Shown here one piece after another: positions 1-8,261 of a stretch of 58,631 nucleotides of DNA. The translations under genes and the position numbers were made by a program. The DNA is from Alphaproteobacteria bacterium (lineage in GTDB: Bacteria; Pseudomonadota; Alphaproteobacteria; Rickettsiales; SXRF01), in contig JANYCJ010000025.1 in NCBI GenBank assembly GCA_025360345.1, forward strand, positions 1-58,631, in the 5' to 3' direction. The notes below the pieces were generated by a model. The model did not search any database and was not told the DNA's origin. It worked only from the letters and a program-made list of their open reading frames with translations. How positions within the stretch are numbered: position 1 is the stretch's first letter; each line of letters starts with the position of its first letter.

Positions 1-581
1 GCATCGCCGAAACCGAGAAATACGCCCATGTTACCTTCTTCTTTAATGGGGGCCGCGAAGAGGAGTTCCCCGGCGAAGAACGCATCCTCATCCCCTCACC
101 GAAAGTCGCCACCTACGACCTGAAGCCCGAAATGTCCGCCCCCGAAATCACCGACGCGCTGGTGGAAGTGATTAACGCCGGTAAATTCGACGTCATCGTG
201 GTCAACTACGCCAATACCGATATGGTAGGCCACACCGGCAATATCGAGGCCGCCCGCATCGCCGTGCAAACCGTGGATACCTGCCTCGGCCGCATCACCG
301 AAGCAGCCCTTGCCAAAGGCGGCGCCCTCTTCATCACCGCCGACCACGGCAACGCCGAGATGATGTTTGACCATGACACGCACCAGCCGCACACCGCCCA
401 CACCCTGAACCTCGTCCCCGCCCTCTTCGTCATGGAGGCGCTCAAAGGCAGGCACATTGAAATCCCCGAAGGCGTGCTGGGCGATGTCGCCCCCACCCTG
501 CTGCAACTCCTCCACCTTCCCCAGCCCGCCGAAATGACCGGCCGCTCCCTGCTGCCGTTAAGCCTGGCGAATGCAGCGTAA
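1..581 (+). CDS. gpmI: 2,3-bisphosphoglycerate-independent phosphoglycerate mutase, C-terminal part (5' end lies outside the window)
   Basis: The frame is open from base 3. The translation [20 protein letters not shown]...[12 protein letters not shown]...[11 protein letters not shown] carries the conserved iPGM C-terminal motifs. Stop at 579-581. Confidence 0.93.
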   Translation, partial: IAETEKYAHVTFFFNGGREEEFPGEERILIPSPKVATYDLKPEMSAPEITDALVEVINAGKFDVIVVNYANTDMVGHTGNIEAARIAVQTVDTCLGRITEAALAKGGALFITADHGNAEMMFDHDTHQPHTAHTLNLVPALFVMEALKGRHIEIPEGVLGDVAPTLLQLLHLPQPAEMTGRSLLPLSLANAA

Positions 582-1758
582 AGGCGCAAAGCTCTGGGCG
601 CTGGCCATCGCCTTAAGCGCAAGCCCCGCCCCCATCCCTGCCTTTGCCAAAGACGCCGCACCCGCGGCCCAGCTCCAGCAAACCCAGAAAGAAATCGCCG
701 AAGCGCAAACCACCCAGGCCAAAATCCAGGCCCAGTCCGACCAGGTGGAAACCGAGCTGGCCGTGCTGCAGGCGCAGCTCGTCAAAATCGCCTCCACCGC
801 CCAGAAATCCGAAGCCGATCTGTCAGCCGCCGAAGAGCGCCTGAAAACCCTCTCCGCCCAGCTTGAGGTCAAGGACAAGGAATTCAAATCCCACGAAGCC
901 CATCTCTCCGCCGTAGTTCAGGCCGCCATCTCCTTAAGCCATACCCCGCCCGAAGCCATGGTCATGATGCCCGGCGACGTCACCAAAACCATGAAAGCCG
1001 CCCGCGCCCTGAAAATGGCCTCCGACTCGGTCAAAGCCGAAACCAACGCGCTGGGCGTGCAGATGATCGAGCTGCGCATGATGAAAGACAAGGTCGCCCG
1101 CGAGCATGACGACCTCGCCGCACGGCAGGCCGATCTGGACAACCAGCAAAAAGACCTCGTCGCCAAGCTCGCCGAGCGCAAAACCCTGCAAAAGAAACTT
1201 GGGCTGCAGGCAAAGGAAGCTGAAACCCGCCTCGCCGGCCTCGCCCGCAAAACCCAGGACCTCCAGCAGCTCATCGAAAAGGTGGAGCAAGACCGAAAGG
1301 CCGAGGCCGAAGCCGCCGCCGAGGCCGAAAACGAGCGCCGCAAGGCCAAGGCCCATTCCTTCGCAGAGGCCAAAGGCCATATCCGCACCCCCGTCAGCGG
1401 CAGGCTGGTGCAGCGTTTCGGAGCCTCCGGCGGCAAGAACGACACCGCCAAGGGCATCACCATCGAAACCCGCGCCCATGCCGCCGTCACCGCCCCCTTC
1501 GACGGCGAGGTGGTCTTCACCGGCCCCTTCCTCAAATACGGCAAGATGGTCATCATCCATCATAGCGACGGGTTTCACACCCTCCTTGCCGGTCTGGAAA
1601 AAATTGATGTCGAGGTCGGACAGTTTTTATTGGAAGGCGAGCCGATTGGTGCTATGGGAGATGATGCGGATGCAACTGAGCTGTACGTAGAATTGCGTAA
1701 AGACAACCAGCCCATTGACCCCGCGCCGTGGATGAATGCCCTCTCTAAGCACAGATAA
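571..1758 (+). CDS. envC: EnvC-like murein hydrolase activator (coiled-coil plus degenerate LytM/M23 domain)
   Basis: It has a signal-like N-terminus and a long Q/A/E/K-rich coiled coil. The C-terminal LytM fold reads [22 protein letters not shown]...[14 protein letters not shown]. The usual HLHFE metal site reads ELYVE, so it is catalytically degenerate as in EnvC. The gpmI-envC-ctpA synteny is conserved. Confidence 0.85.
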   Translation: MQRKGAKLWALAIALSASPAPIPAFAKDAAPAAQLQQTQKEIAEAQTTQAKIQAQSDQVETELAVLQAQLVKIASTAQKSEADLSAAEERLKTLSAQLEVKDKEFKSHEAHLSAVVQAAISLSHTPPEAMVMMPGDVTKTMKAARALKMASDSVKAETNALGVQMIELRMMKDKVAREHDDLAARQADLDNQQKDLVAKLAERKTLQKKLGLQAKEAETRLAGLARKTQDLQQLIEKVEQDRKAEAEAAAEAENERRKAKAHSFAEAKGHIRTPVSGRLVQRFGASGGKNDTAKGITIETRAHAAVTAPFDGEVVFTGPFLKYGKMVIIHHSDGFHTLLAGLEKIDVEVGQFLLEGEPIGAMGDDADATELYVELRKDNQPIDPAPWMNALSKHR

Positions 1759-1804
1759 CCCCGATATAAACCCCGTCCTCCCAAGCGAAAGACACGAAAG
1801 CCCT

Positions 1805-3226
1805 ATGCGCCGTAGCTTCAAAACCCTCCTCCTTGGAACCCTCGTCATTGTCGCCCCCGCCATCGCCTACGCAGAGAAAAGCGATACCCTCGAACTGCTA
1901 GACCTGTTCGGCGAAGTGTTCGACCGCGTGCGCACCGACTATGTGGAAGAGGTCAAGGACGCCGACCTGGTAGAAGCCGCCATCAACGGGATGCTCACCT
2001 CGCTGGACCCCCATTCCGGCTATATGAACGAAAAAGCCTACAAGGAAATGCAGGTGCAGACCCGCGGTGAGTTCGGCGGCCTCGGCATCGAAGTGACCAT
2101 GGAAAACGGCCTCGTTCGCGTGGTTTCCCCCATTGACGACACCCCCGCCGCCAAGGCCGGCATCAAACCCGCCGACTATATCAGCTACATCAACGACGAA
2201 GCCGTCATGGGCCTGACCCTCGCCGAAGCCGTTGAAAAGATGCGTGGCCCCGTAGATTCCAAGGTAAAGCTCACCATCCTGCGCGAAGACACCACCGAGC
2301 CGCTTGAAATCACCCTCAACCGCGCCGTCATCAAAATCAAATCGGTCAAGGAACATGCCGAGGGCGACGATATCGCCTATATCCGCCTCACCTCCTTCAC
2401 CGAGCAAACCACGGATTTGATGCGCGATGAGTTCAAGGACATCAAAAAGAGCCTGCCCAACCTCCGCGGCGTGGTGCTCGATTTGCGCAATAACCCCGGC
2501 GGCCTGCTGGAGCAAGCCGTAAGCGTGTCCGACGCCTTCCTGAAAGAAGGCGAAGTCGTCTCCACCCGTGAGCGCGACCCCAACAAGACCAAGCGCTACA
2601 ACGCCCATTCCGGCGACGAGCTGGTCGATGAGAACATCCCCATCGTCGTTCTGGTGAACAACGGCTCCGCCTCGGCTTCCGAAATCGTGGCCGGTGCGCT
2701 GCAGGACCATAAGCGCGCCATCGTGCTCGGCACCAAATCCTTCGGCAAGGGCTCGGTCCAGACCGTGATCCCGCTCACCGACCACGGTGCCATCCGCCTC
2801 ACCACTGCGCGCTACTACACCCCTTCGGGCCGCACCATCCAGGCTAAGGGCATCACCCCCGATATCGTAGTCCAGCAGGCCAAGATTGAGCCGCTGAAGG
2901 ACAAGGATAAGCTCCGCAGCGAAGCCGACCTGCGCAAGCGCCTTGAAACCCTCGAAGAGAAAAAAGCCCACCTCGCCAAAAAGGACGACAAGGACAAAGA
3001 GAAGGACAAGGAGAAGGACAAAGAAGACAAGGCCGCCGATAAAACCACCGAGAACCCGGCCGATAAGTCTGACAAGTCCGATAAGGATGACAAGAAGAAA
3101 GACGCAAGCAAGCTGAAATCGAGCGACGAGATCGCCGCCGGTGAAGACTTCCAGCTGCAGCGCGCCCTCGACTTGCTCCGCGCTGTGAATGTGTACAACC
3201 AGGTGTCGCCCACCGCCGAGAAATAA
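1805..3226 (+). CDS. ctpA: Carboxy-terminal processing protease (peptidase S41) with a K/D/E-rich C-terminal tail
   Basis: S41/PDZ motifs are present: GGLGIEV, LDLRNNPGGLL, NGSASASEIVAGALQD, GTKSFGKGSVQT. The ATG at 1805 gives the signal peptide MRRSFKTLLLGTLVIVAPAIAYA. The ORF opens at 1736. Confidence 0.93.
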   Translation: MRRSFKTLLLGTLVIVAPAIAYAEKSDTLELLDLFGEVFDRVRTDYVEEVKDADLVEAAINGMLTSLDPHSGYMNEKAYKEMQVQTRGEFGGLGIEVTMENGLVRVVSPIDDTPAAKAGIKPADYISYINDEAVMGLTLAEAVEKMRGPVDSKVKLTILREDTTEPLEITLNRAVIKIKSVKEHAEGDDIAYIRLTSFTEQTTDLMRDEFKDIKKSLPNLRGVVLDLRNNPGGLLEQAVSVSDAFLKEGEVVSTRERDPNKTKRYNAHSGDELVDENIPIVVLVNNGSASASEIVAGALQDHKRAIVLGTKSFGKGSVQTVIPLTDHGAIRLTTARYYTPSGRTIQAKGITPDIVVQQAKIEPLKDKDKLRSEADLRKRLETLEEKKAHLAKKDDKDKEKDKEKDKEDKAADKTTENPADKSDKSDKDDKKKDASKLKSSDEIAAGEDFQLQRALDLLRAVNVYNQVSPTAEK

Positions 3227-3244
3227 CGGGGCCAGTGGTGGGTC

Positions 3245-4483
3245 ATGTCGCTTAAGGACAGGCTGCATATCAAGCTGAACCCCGCCTTTTACTGGCGCAT
3301 GGCCTTCTGGGCGTCGTGCATCGCCATCGTGGCTTTCGCCTCGCTGGTCTGGCTCGGCGCCTCGCAGGAAACGGTGGATGCCGGCAACGCCGGGCGGCGC
3401 ATCATCATCCGCCTGGCCGATGGTTCCTTCGAAAAAGCGCCCCTGCCGGACATCGTGCCAGAATCCCCCGCCGGTGAGCCCACCGCCACGCCCACCGCCA
3501 CCGAAACCCCTTCCGCAGAAACGCCAGCCGCCGCCACAGACACCAGCCACGTCACCGTCACCGCCACCCCCACCGCCCGCAAAGACCCTGAAACACCCGC
3601 CACCGCCACCCCCACCGCGCAGGCCGCGCCTGTGGAGCCGCCCCCCGCGGAAGCCCCCATACCCAAGAATTCCGCCACCGTGCCCCTGAATCCCATCAAA
3701 GATACCTTGCGTGAAAAACTCTCCATCGGCACCCTGCCGGTCATCGGCAGCGACGGCACCAAGCCGTGGCGTTACTACGCCAAGCCCTACGCCCTGCAGG
3801 GCAACCACCCCATGGTCGCCATCCTTGTCACCGGCCTCGGCCAGAATAAGAACGTCACCACCGCCGCCATCAAGCTCCCTGAAAATATTTCTTTAAGCTT
3901 CTCCCCTTACGCCAAGGATGTCGGCACATGGAGCAACTCCGCCCGCGCCACCGGCCATGAGGTGATGCTGGACCTCCCCATGGAGCCCTCGAACTACCCC
4001 GCCTCCGACCCCGGCCCACACGGCCTCCTGGCGGGCAAGAGCGCCGAAGACAACGCCACCCAGCTCCAGTGGCTCATGGGCCGCATTCAGGGCTATACCG
4101 GCTTCGTCACCCCTAACAACGAGGTCTATTCACAAAACGACCCCAATTTTAAGAACACGCTGGAACTGCTGAATGTCCGCGGCCTCATGCTCGTCATGCC
4201 GCATGAGCCGGTACGCAAGGAAACCAAGCAACTGCTCAACGACAGTAAAATCGCCTATACCCTGGCAGACGTCATGCTCGACGAAGAACTCAGCTCCGAA
4301 GCCATTCAGGCCCGCTTCACCGCCCTTGAAAAGATCGCCTCCAAGCACGGCTTCGCCATGGCCTACACCCGCGGCATCCCGCTCACCATACAGGAAATCG
4401 CCGCATGGTCGGATAAGCTAGAAAGCCGCGGCTTCACCCTCGTTCCTGTCACCTACATCACCAGCCACCAGTTCAAGCAATAA
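3245..4483 (+). CDS. Divergent polysaccharide deacetylase family protein (YibQ-like) with an N-terminal TM segment and a P/T/A-rich linker
   Basis: The C-terminal domain reads HPMVAILVTGLGQNK...SLSFSPYAKD...HEVMLDLPMEPSNYPASDPGPHGLL, typical of YibQ. The position after envC-ctpA matches known synteny. Confidence 0.8.
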   Translation: MSLKDRLHIKLNPAFYWRMAFWASCIAIVAFASLVWLGASQETVDAGNAGRRIIIRLADGSFEKAPLPDIVPESPAGEPTATPTATETPSAETPAAATDTSHVTVTATPTARKDPETPATATPTAQAAPVEPPPAEAPIPKNSATVPLNPIKDTLREKLSIGTLPVIGSDGTKPWRYYAKPYALQGNHPMVAILVTGLGQNKNVTTAAIKLPENISLSFSPYAKDVGTWSNSARATGHEVMLDLPMEPSNYPASDPGPHGLLAGKSAEDNATQLQWLMGRIQGYTGFVTPNNEVYSQNDPNFKNTLELLNVRGLMLVMPHEPVRKETKQLLNDSKIAYTLADVMLDEELSSEAIQARFTALEKIASKHGFAMAYTRGIPLTIQEIAAWSDKLESRGFTLVPVTYITSHQFKQ

Positions 4484-4484
4484 T

Positions 4485-4946
4485 ATGACCCAGCTCCCCT
4501 ACCGCGACGGCGTCGGCATCATGCTGCTCAATGCCCAAAACCTTGTCTTCGTCGCCAAGCGCATCGACATGCGCTCCGAAGCATGGCAAATGCCGCAAGG
4601 AGGCATGGACAAGGGTGAAACCCCCACCCAGTCCGCCCTGCGTGAATTAAAGGAAGAAACCGGCACCGGCAAAGCCGAAATCCTGCAGGAAAGCAAAGGC
4701 TGGCTCACCTATGATTTGCCCCCCGAGCTCATCCCCATCATCTGGGGCGGCAAATACCGCGGCCAGAAGCAGAAATGGTTTGCCATGCGCTTCACCGGCA
4801 AGGACTCCGACATCAACATCCAGACCGAACACCCCGAATTCTGCGAATGGAAATGGGTGCCCATGCACGCCCTGCCGGACATCATCGTCCCCTTCAAACG
4901 CGCGCTTTACTCGCAGATCGTCGAAGAATTCAAAAACCTTATTTAG
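4485..4946 (+). CDS. rppH: RNA pyrophosphohydrolase (Nudix)
   Basis: Nudix box: QMPQGGMDKGETPTQSALRELKEETG. The RppH-like C-terminal part reads GQKQKWFAMRF...EFCEWKWV. Confidence 0.9.
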   Translation: MTQLPYRDGVGIMLLNAQNLVFVAKRIDMRSEAWQMPQGGMDKGETPTQSALRELKEETGTGKAEILQESKGWLTYDLPPELIPIIWGGKYRGQKQKWFAMRFTGKDSDINIQTEHPEFCEWKWVPMHALPDIIVPFKRALYSQIVEEFKNLI

Positions 4947-5355
4947 TTTTCAGCAGATCGCGGATTTCTTCCAGCAGCATTTCCTGCTTGCTCACCGGCG
5001 GCGCGGCCTTCACCTCCGCCTCTTGCTTCACCATCAGCTTGTTCACCTGCCGCACCATCACGAACACCGCAAAGGCCACGATCAGGAAATTAATGACCTG
5101 GTTAAGGAACACGCCGTAATTGACGGTCGCCGCCCCCGCCGCCTGCGCTTCTTTAAGCGTGTCGTAATGCGTGTGCGACAGGTTGATATACAGGCTCGAA
5201 AAATCCAGCCCCCCTGTAATCATGCCAATCGGCGGCATGATGATGTCCTTCACCAGCGAGTTCACAATCCCCGTAAACGCCGCCCCCATGATAATCCCCA
5301 CCGCAAGGTCCATCACATTACCGCGGGCGATGAACTTCTTGAATTCCTGCAACAT
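4939..5355 (-). CDS. mscL: Large-conductance mechanosensitive channel
   Basis: MLQEFKKFIARGNVMDLAVGIIMGAAFTGIV is the canonical MscL N-terminus. The ATG at 5355 is preceded by GGAGG with a 5-nt spacer. The track ORF opens at a GTG at 5367. Confidence 0.93.
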   Translation of the reverse strand: MLQEFKKFIARGNVMDLAVGIIMGAAFTGIVNSLVKDIIMPPIGMITGGLDFSSLYINLSHTHYDTLKEAQAAGAATVNYGVFLNQVINFLIVAFAVFVMVRQVNKLMVKQEAEVKAAPPVSKQEMLLEEIRDLLKTK

Positions 5356-5412
5356 GACTGCCTCCACAAGTGATAAAACACCCAGAGGTTGTACTGCGCC
5401 AATCCCCGCCGC

Positions 5413-6588
5413 TCAATCCATTTTTAGTAAAACACCCTTAAGATATTCATTCTGTGGCAACCTCGGATGCAGCGGGTGGTCAATCCCCGCCGAGGTTTGC
5501 TGCACGATGCGGGGCGAAAACCCCGCCTTCTTCGCGCCTGCCATCACCGCGTTGCTAAACGCCCCCCGGCTGGCGTAATGCGAGCAGGAGGCCGTAAAAA
5601 ACAGCCCCCCCGGCTTGCACAGCCCCGCCGCCAGCCGCGCCACCTTCTCATAGCCGCGCATCCCCGCCGCAATGTCCTTCTTGCTCTTCACAAATGCCGG
5701 CGGGTCGGCCAGCACAATATCGTACCGCTTCCCCTCCGCCGCCAGCCGCTCCATCACCGCGAACGCATCGCCCTGCACGCATTCCACCGCCACCGCGTTG
5801 CGCTCGGCTGTCCTGCCCGCCAGCTCCAGCGCCAGCTTCGAACTGTCCACGCACACCGCTTGCGCCGCCCCGGCCTTGGCCGCCAGCACCCCAAACCCGC
5901 CCGAATGGGAATAAATATCCATCACGCTCTTGCCCTTGCACAACCCCGCAATCAGCGCCCGGTTGTCCCGCTGGTCAAAAAACCACCCCGTCTTCTGCCC
6001 TTTCAGCACATCGGCGAAATAGGTGCAGCCGTTCTCCTCCAGCTCCACCAGCCCGGAAACCTCGCCCTTAAGGATGCTCACCCCTTGCGCAAGCCCCTCG
6101 CGCAACCGCGCCCCCGTATCGTTCCTGAGCACAATCGCCCGTGGCCCGATCACCGCCTCCACCGCCTCCAGCCACGCAGGCATCAGCCGGTCCATCCCCG
6201 CCGTGCCGCTTTGCGCCACCAGCACGTCGCCAAAGCGGTCAAGCAGCAACCCGGGCAGGAAATCCCCTTCCGAATGCGCAAGGCGGTAAAAAGGCACCCC
6301 AATGGCTTTCTCGCGTATCGTCAGCGCCCGCCGCAACCTCTGGGCAAACCACTCGGCATCCACCACCGCCTTTCCCAGCGCCAGCACCCGGCACGCAATC
6401 TGCGAGGCCGCGTTATAATACCCCACCCCGATAAACTGCCCCCGCGCCGACTCAATGTCCACCAGCGCACCCGCGGGCACGCCCAGAAGCTCGGAAGACT
6501 CGATAATATCCCCCGCGTAAATCCACGGCATCCCGCCCCGCACCGCCTCTTCGCATGTCTTCTTGATGCGCACCGGGCAGAGGCTCAT
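5413..6588 (-). CDS. rlmI: Class I SAM-dependent rRNA methyltransferase with a PUA-like N-terminal domain (RlmI family)
   Basis: Motifs: VMDIYSHSGGFGVLAA (SAM-binding) and VLADPPAFVKSKKD. The ATG at 6588 overlaps the upstream stop (ATGA). The ORF opens at 6675. Confidence 0.85.
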   Translation of the reverse strand: MSLCPVRIKKTCEEAVRGGMPWIYAGDIIESSELLGVPAGALVDIESARGQFIGVGYYNAASQIACRVLALGKAVVDAEWFAQRLRRALTIREKAIGVPFYRLAHSEGDFLPGLLLDRFGDVLVAQSGTAGMDRLMPAWLEAVEAVIGPRAIVLRNDTGARLREGLAQGVSILKGEVSGLVELEENGCTYFADVLKGQKTGWFFDQRDNRALIAGLCKGKSVMDIYSHSGGFGVLAAKAGAAQAVCVDSSKLALELAGRTAERNAVAVECVQGDAFAVMERLAAEGKRYDIVLADPPAFVKSKKDIAAGMRGYEKVARLAAGLCKPGGLFFTASCSHYASRGAFSNAVMAGAKKAGFSPRIVQQTSAGIDHPLHPRLPQNEYLKGVLLKMD

Positions 6589-7325
6589 ACCCCGTCCCCG
6601 AACACCATCTCCCCGGCCAGGAACTCCATCACCAGAAATATCGTGAAACTCACCGCCGAAATCCCCATCCAGCAATGCACCCAGAAAATTTCCTTATGGT
6701 TGGTTAAATCCGCCAGCCCCCGGCCGTCCCACACCTGCAGCAGCGCCGGCGAATCATATTCCGGGTAAGCATAAAACAAATACGGGTCCAGGCCGCCCCC
6801 GATAATCAGGTATACCGAAAGGAACTTCACCGCCCAGTACATCTGCTTGTCAGAATCCAGCCGCCCGATGGACTGGAACACCGCCATCACGAACACGACA
6901 ATCCCGATGGTCCTGATATCGCGCGCCCATAAGAGAATGCTGGCCCCCGCAATCCCCATGCAGATATAGGGCACCCACTCGATCCGGTCGCTCAGCCAGC
7001 GCGCAAACGCCGTGTAGATCAATAGCCCCCAGATGCTCGGCGCCATATACCCGCCAAACAGCGTCACTTCGTCGCCGAACATCCGCGTGCCGTCGGTATG
7101 CGCAAGCCCGCCCTGCCCGAAGGCCAGTTCTATCTGGTAAAAATGCCCGCCCGAAAGCAGCGCCGCAATGCCATGCCCCATCTCGTGGAAATACACCCGT
7201 ATCATGCTGATCGGGATATCGGCATAGGAGAGCCACGCCTGCTCCGTCACCATGCTCGTCTGCAGCGCCAGCACCAGCGCGATGATAATGAAAAGGTCGA
7301 CCCGTGCCCGAAGGAACGAGAACAT
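6585..7325 (-). CDS. Polytopic membrane protein, M50B-type zinc metallopeptidase-like
   Basis: About 6 hydrophobic segments. An HExxH motif sits in the first TM region in an M50B-like context: YFHEMGHGIAALLSGGHF...GGYMAPSIWG. Confidence 0.7.
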   Translation of the reverse strand: MFSFLRARVDLFIIIALVLALQTSMVTEQAWLSYADIPISMIRVYFHEMGHGIAALLSGGHFYQIELAFGQGGLAHTDGTRMFGDEVTLFGGYMAPSIWGLLIYTAFARWLSDRIEWVPYICMGIAGASILLWARDIRTIGIVVFVMAVFQSIGRLDSDKQMYWAVKFLSVYLIIGGGLDPYLFYAYPEYDSPALLQVWDGRGLADLTNHKEIFWVHCWMGISAVSFTIFLVMEFLAGEMVFGDGV

Positions 7326-7328
7326 GGC

Positions 7329-8261
7329 CTAAGCCGCTTCCTTGCGCCGCGTCAGGTGGATGAAAATATCTTCAAGGTCGGCCTCGCGCGTAACCAGGTC
7401 GCGCACCACCACGCCCGAACCCTTCACCCGGTCCAGCAAATCCTGAATCCCCTGCTTGCTGGGCTTGTAGCTGATAACCAGGTGGCCGTCCCCGTCCAGC
7501 TCCCCGATGTCCGAAAGGGCAGGGGGCACCGCCGCCAGCGCCTGTGCGGGCGTAATCACCAGCTGCTTGCTGTCGAAAGTGCGCAACAGGTTGACCTTGC
7601 TGTCCCGCGCCACCACTTCCCCGTGGTTGATAACCGCGATCGTGTCACACAGCTCCTGCGCTTCTTCGAGGTAATGGGTAGTAAGCAGCACCGTTGTGCC
7701 TGCCTTGTTCAGCTTCTTCACATACTCCCACAGCTGCGTGCGCAACTCCACATCCACCCCCGCCGTCGGCTCGTCAAGGATCAGCACCGAAGGCGAATGC
7801 ACCAGTGCCTTGGCCACCAGCAGCCTGCGCCGCATCCCACCCGAAAGCCTGCGTGCATGGCTGTCCGCCTTGTCCGAAAGCCCCATGGAATCGATGATTT
7901 CCTGCGTCCGCCGCTGCGCCTTGGGCACGCCGTAATACCCGGCATGGAACTCCAGCGCCTCGCGCACGGTGAAAAACGTGTCCAGCACCAGCTCCTGCGG
8001 AACCACGCCGAGCGAGCGCCGCGCCGCGCGCATATCGTCCACAATGTCATGCCCCATGATCTTCACATCGCCCGAGGTCTTGATCACCAGCCCGGCCATG
8101 ATGTTGATCAGCGTGGATTTCCCCGCCCCGTTCGGCCCCAGCAGCCCGAAAAACGAGCCCTTGGGGATGGTAAGGTTGATCCCCTTCAGCGCCTCCTTCG
8201 AAGGCCCCTTCTTATCGGTATAGGTCTTTCGCAGGTTGGTGATTTCAATTGCATTATCCAT
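7329..8261 (-). CDS. ABC transporter ATP-binding protein (ABC-2/DrrA-like, with a C-terminal extension domain)
   Basis: Walker A is GPNGAGKST, the signature is LSGGMRRR, and Walker B is VLILDEPTAGVD. About 90 aa of extra C-terminal domain is present, as in ABC-2 subfamily ATPases. Confidence 0.92.
   Translation of the reverse strand: MDNAIEITNLRKTYTDKKGPSKEALKGINLTIPKGSFFGLLGPNGAGKSTLINIMAGLVIKTSGDVKIMGHDIVDDMRAARRSLGVVPQELVLDTFFTVREALEFHAGYYGVPKAQRRTQEIIDSMGLSDKADSHARRLSGGMRRRLLVAKALVHSPSVLILDEPTAGVDVELRTQLWEYVKKLNKAGTTVLLTTHYLEEAQELCDTIAVINHGEVVARDSKVNLLRTFDSKQLVITPAQALAAVPPALSDIGELDGDGHLVISYKPSKQGIQDLLDRVKGSGVVVRDLVTREADLEDIFIHLTRRKEAA

Noticed and set aside
3378-3689. A proline-rich 103-aa ORF on the plus strand inside yibQ. 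Similar P/R-rich ORFs occur at 644-844, 1106-1690 and 6141-6434.
   Set aside because: These are alternative-frame readings of GC-rich coding DNA (CCN/CGN codon runs). They have no SD and lie fully inside confidently assigned genes.
1898-3808. A 636-aa ORF on the minus strand spanning ctpA and yibQ. Similar long ORFs occur at 5467-6768(+), 7098-8333(+), 8236-9600(+), 8948-10876(+), 27208-28503(+), 32337-33743(+), 37876-39117(-), 51852-53195(+), 53985-55313(-), 56113-57342(-) and 57618-58490(-).
   Set aside because: All lie antisense to, or out of frame with, genes that carry unmistakable family motifs. Their translations are G/A/V/D- or R/P/H/Q-rich low-information strings, typical of shadow ORFs in high-GC DNA. 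I see no independent start or SD support.
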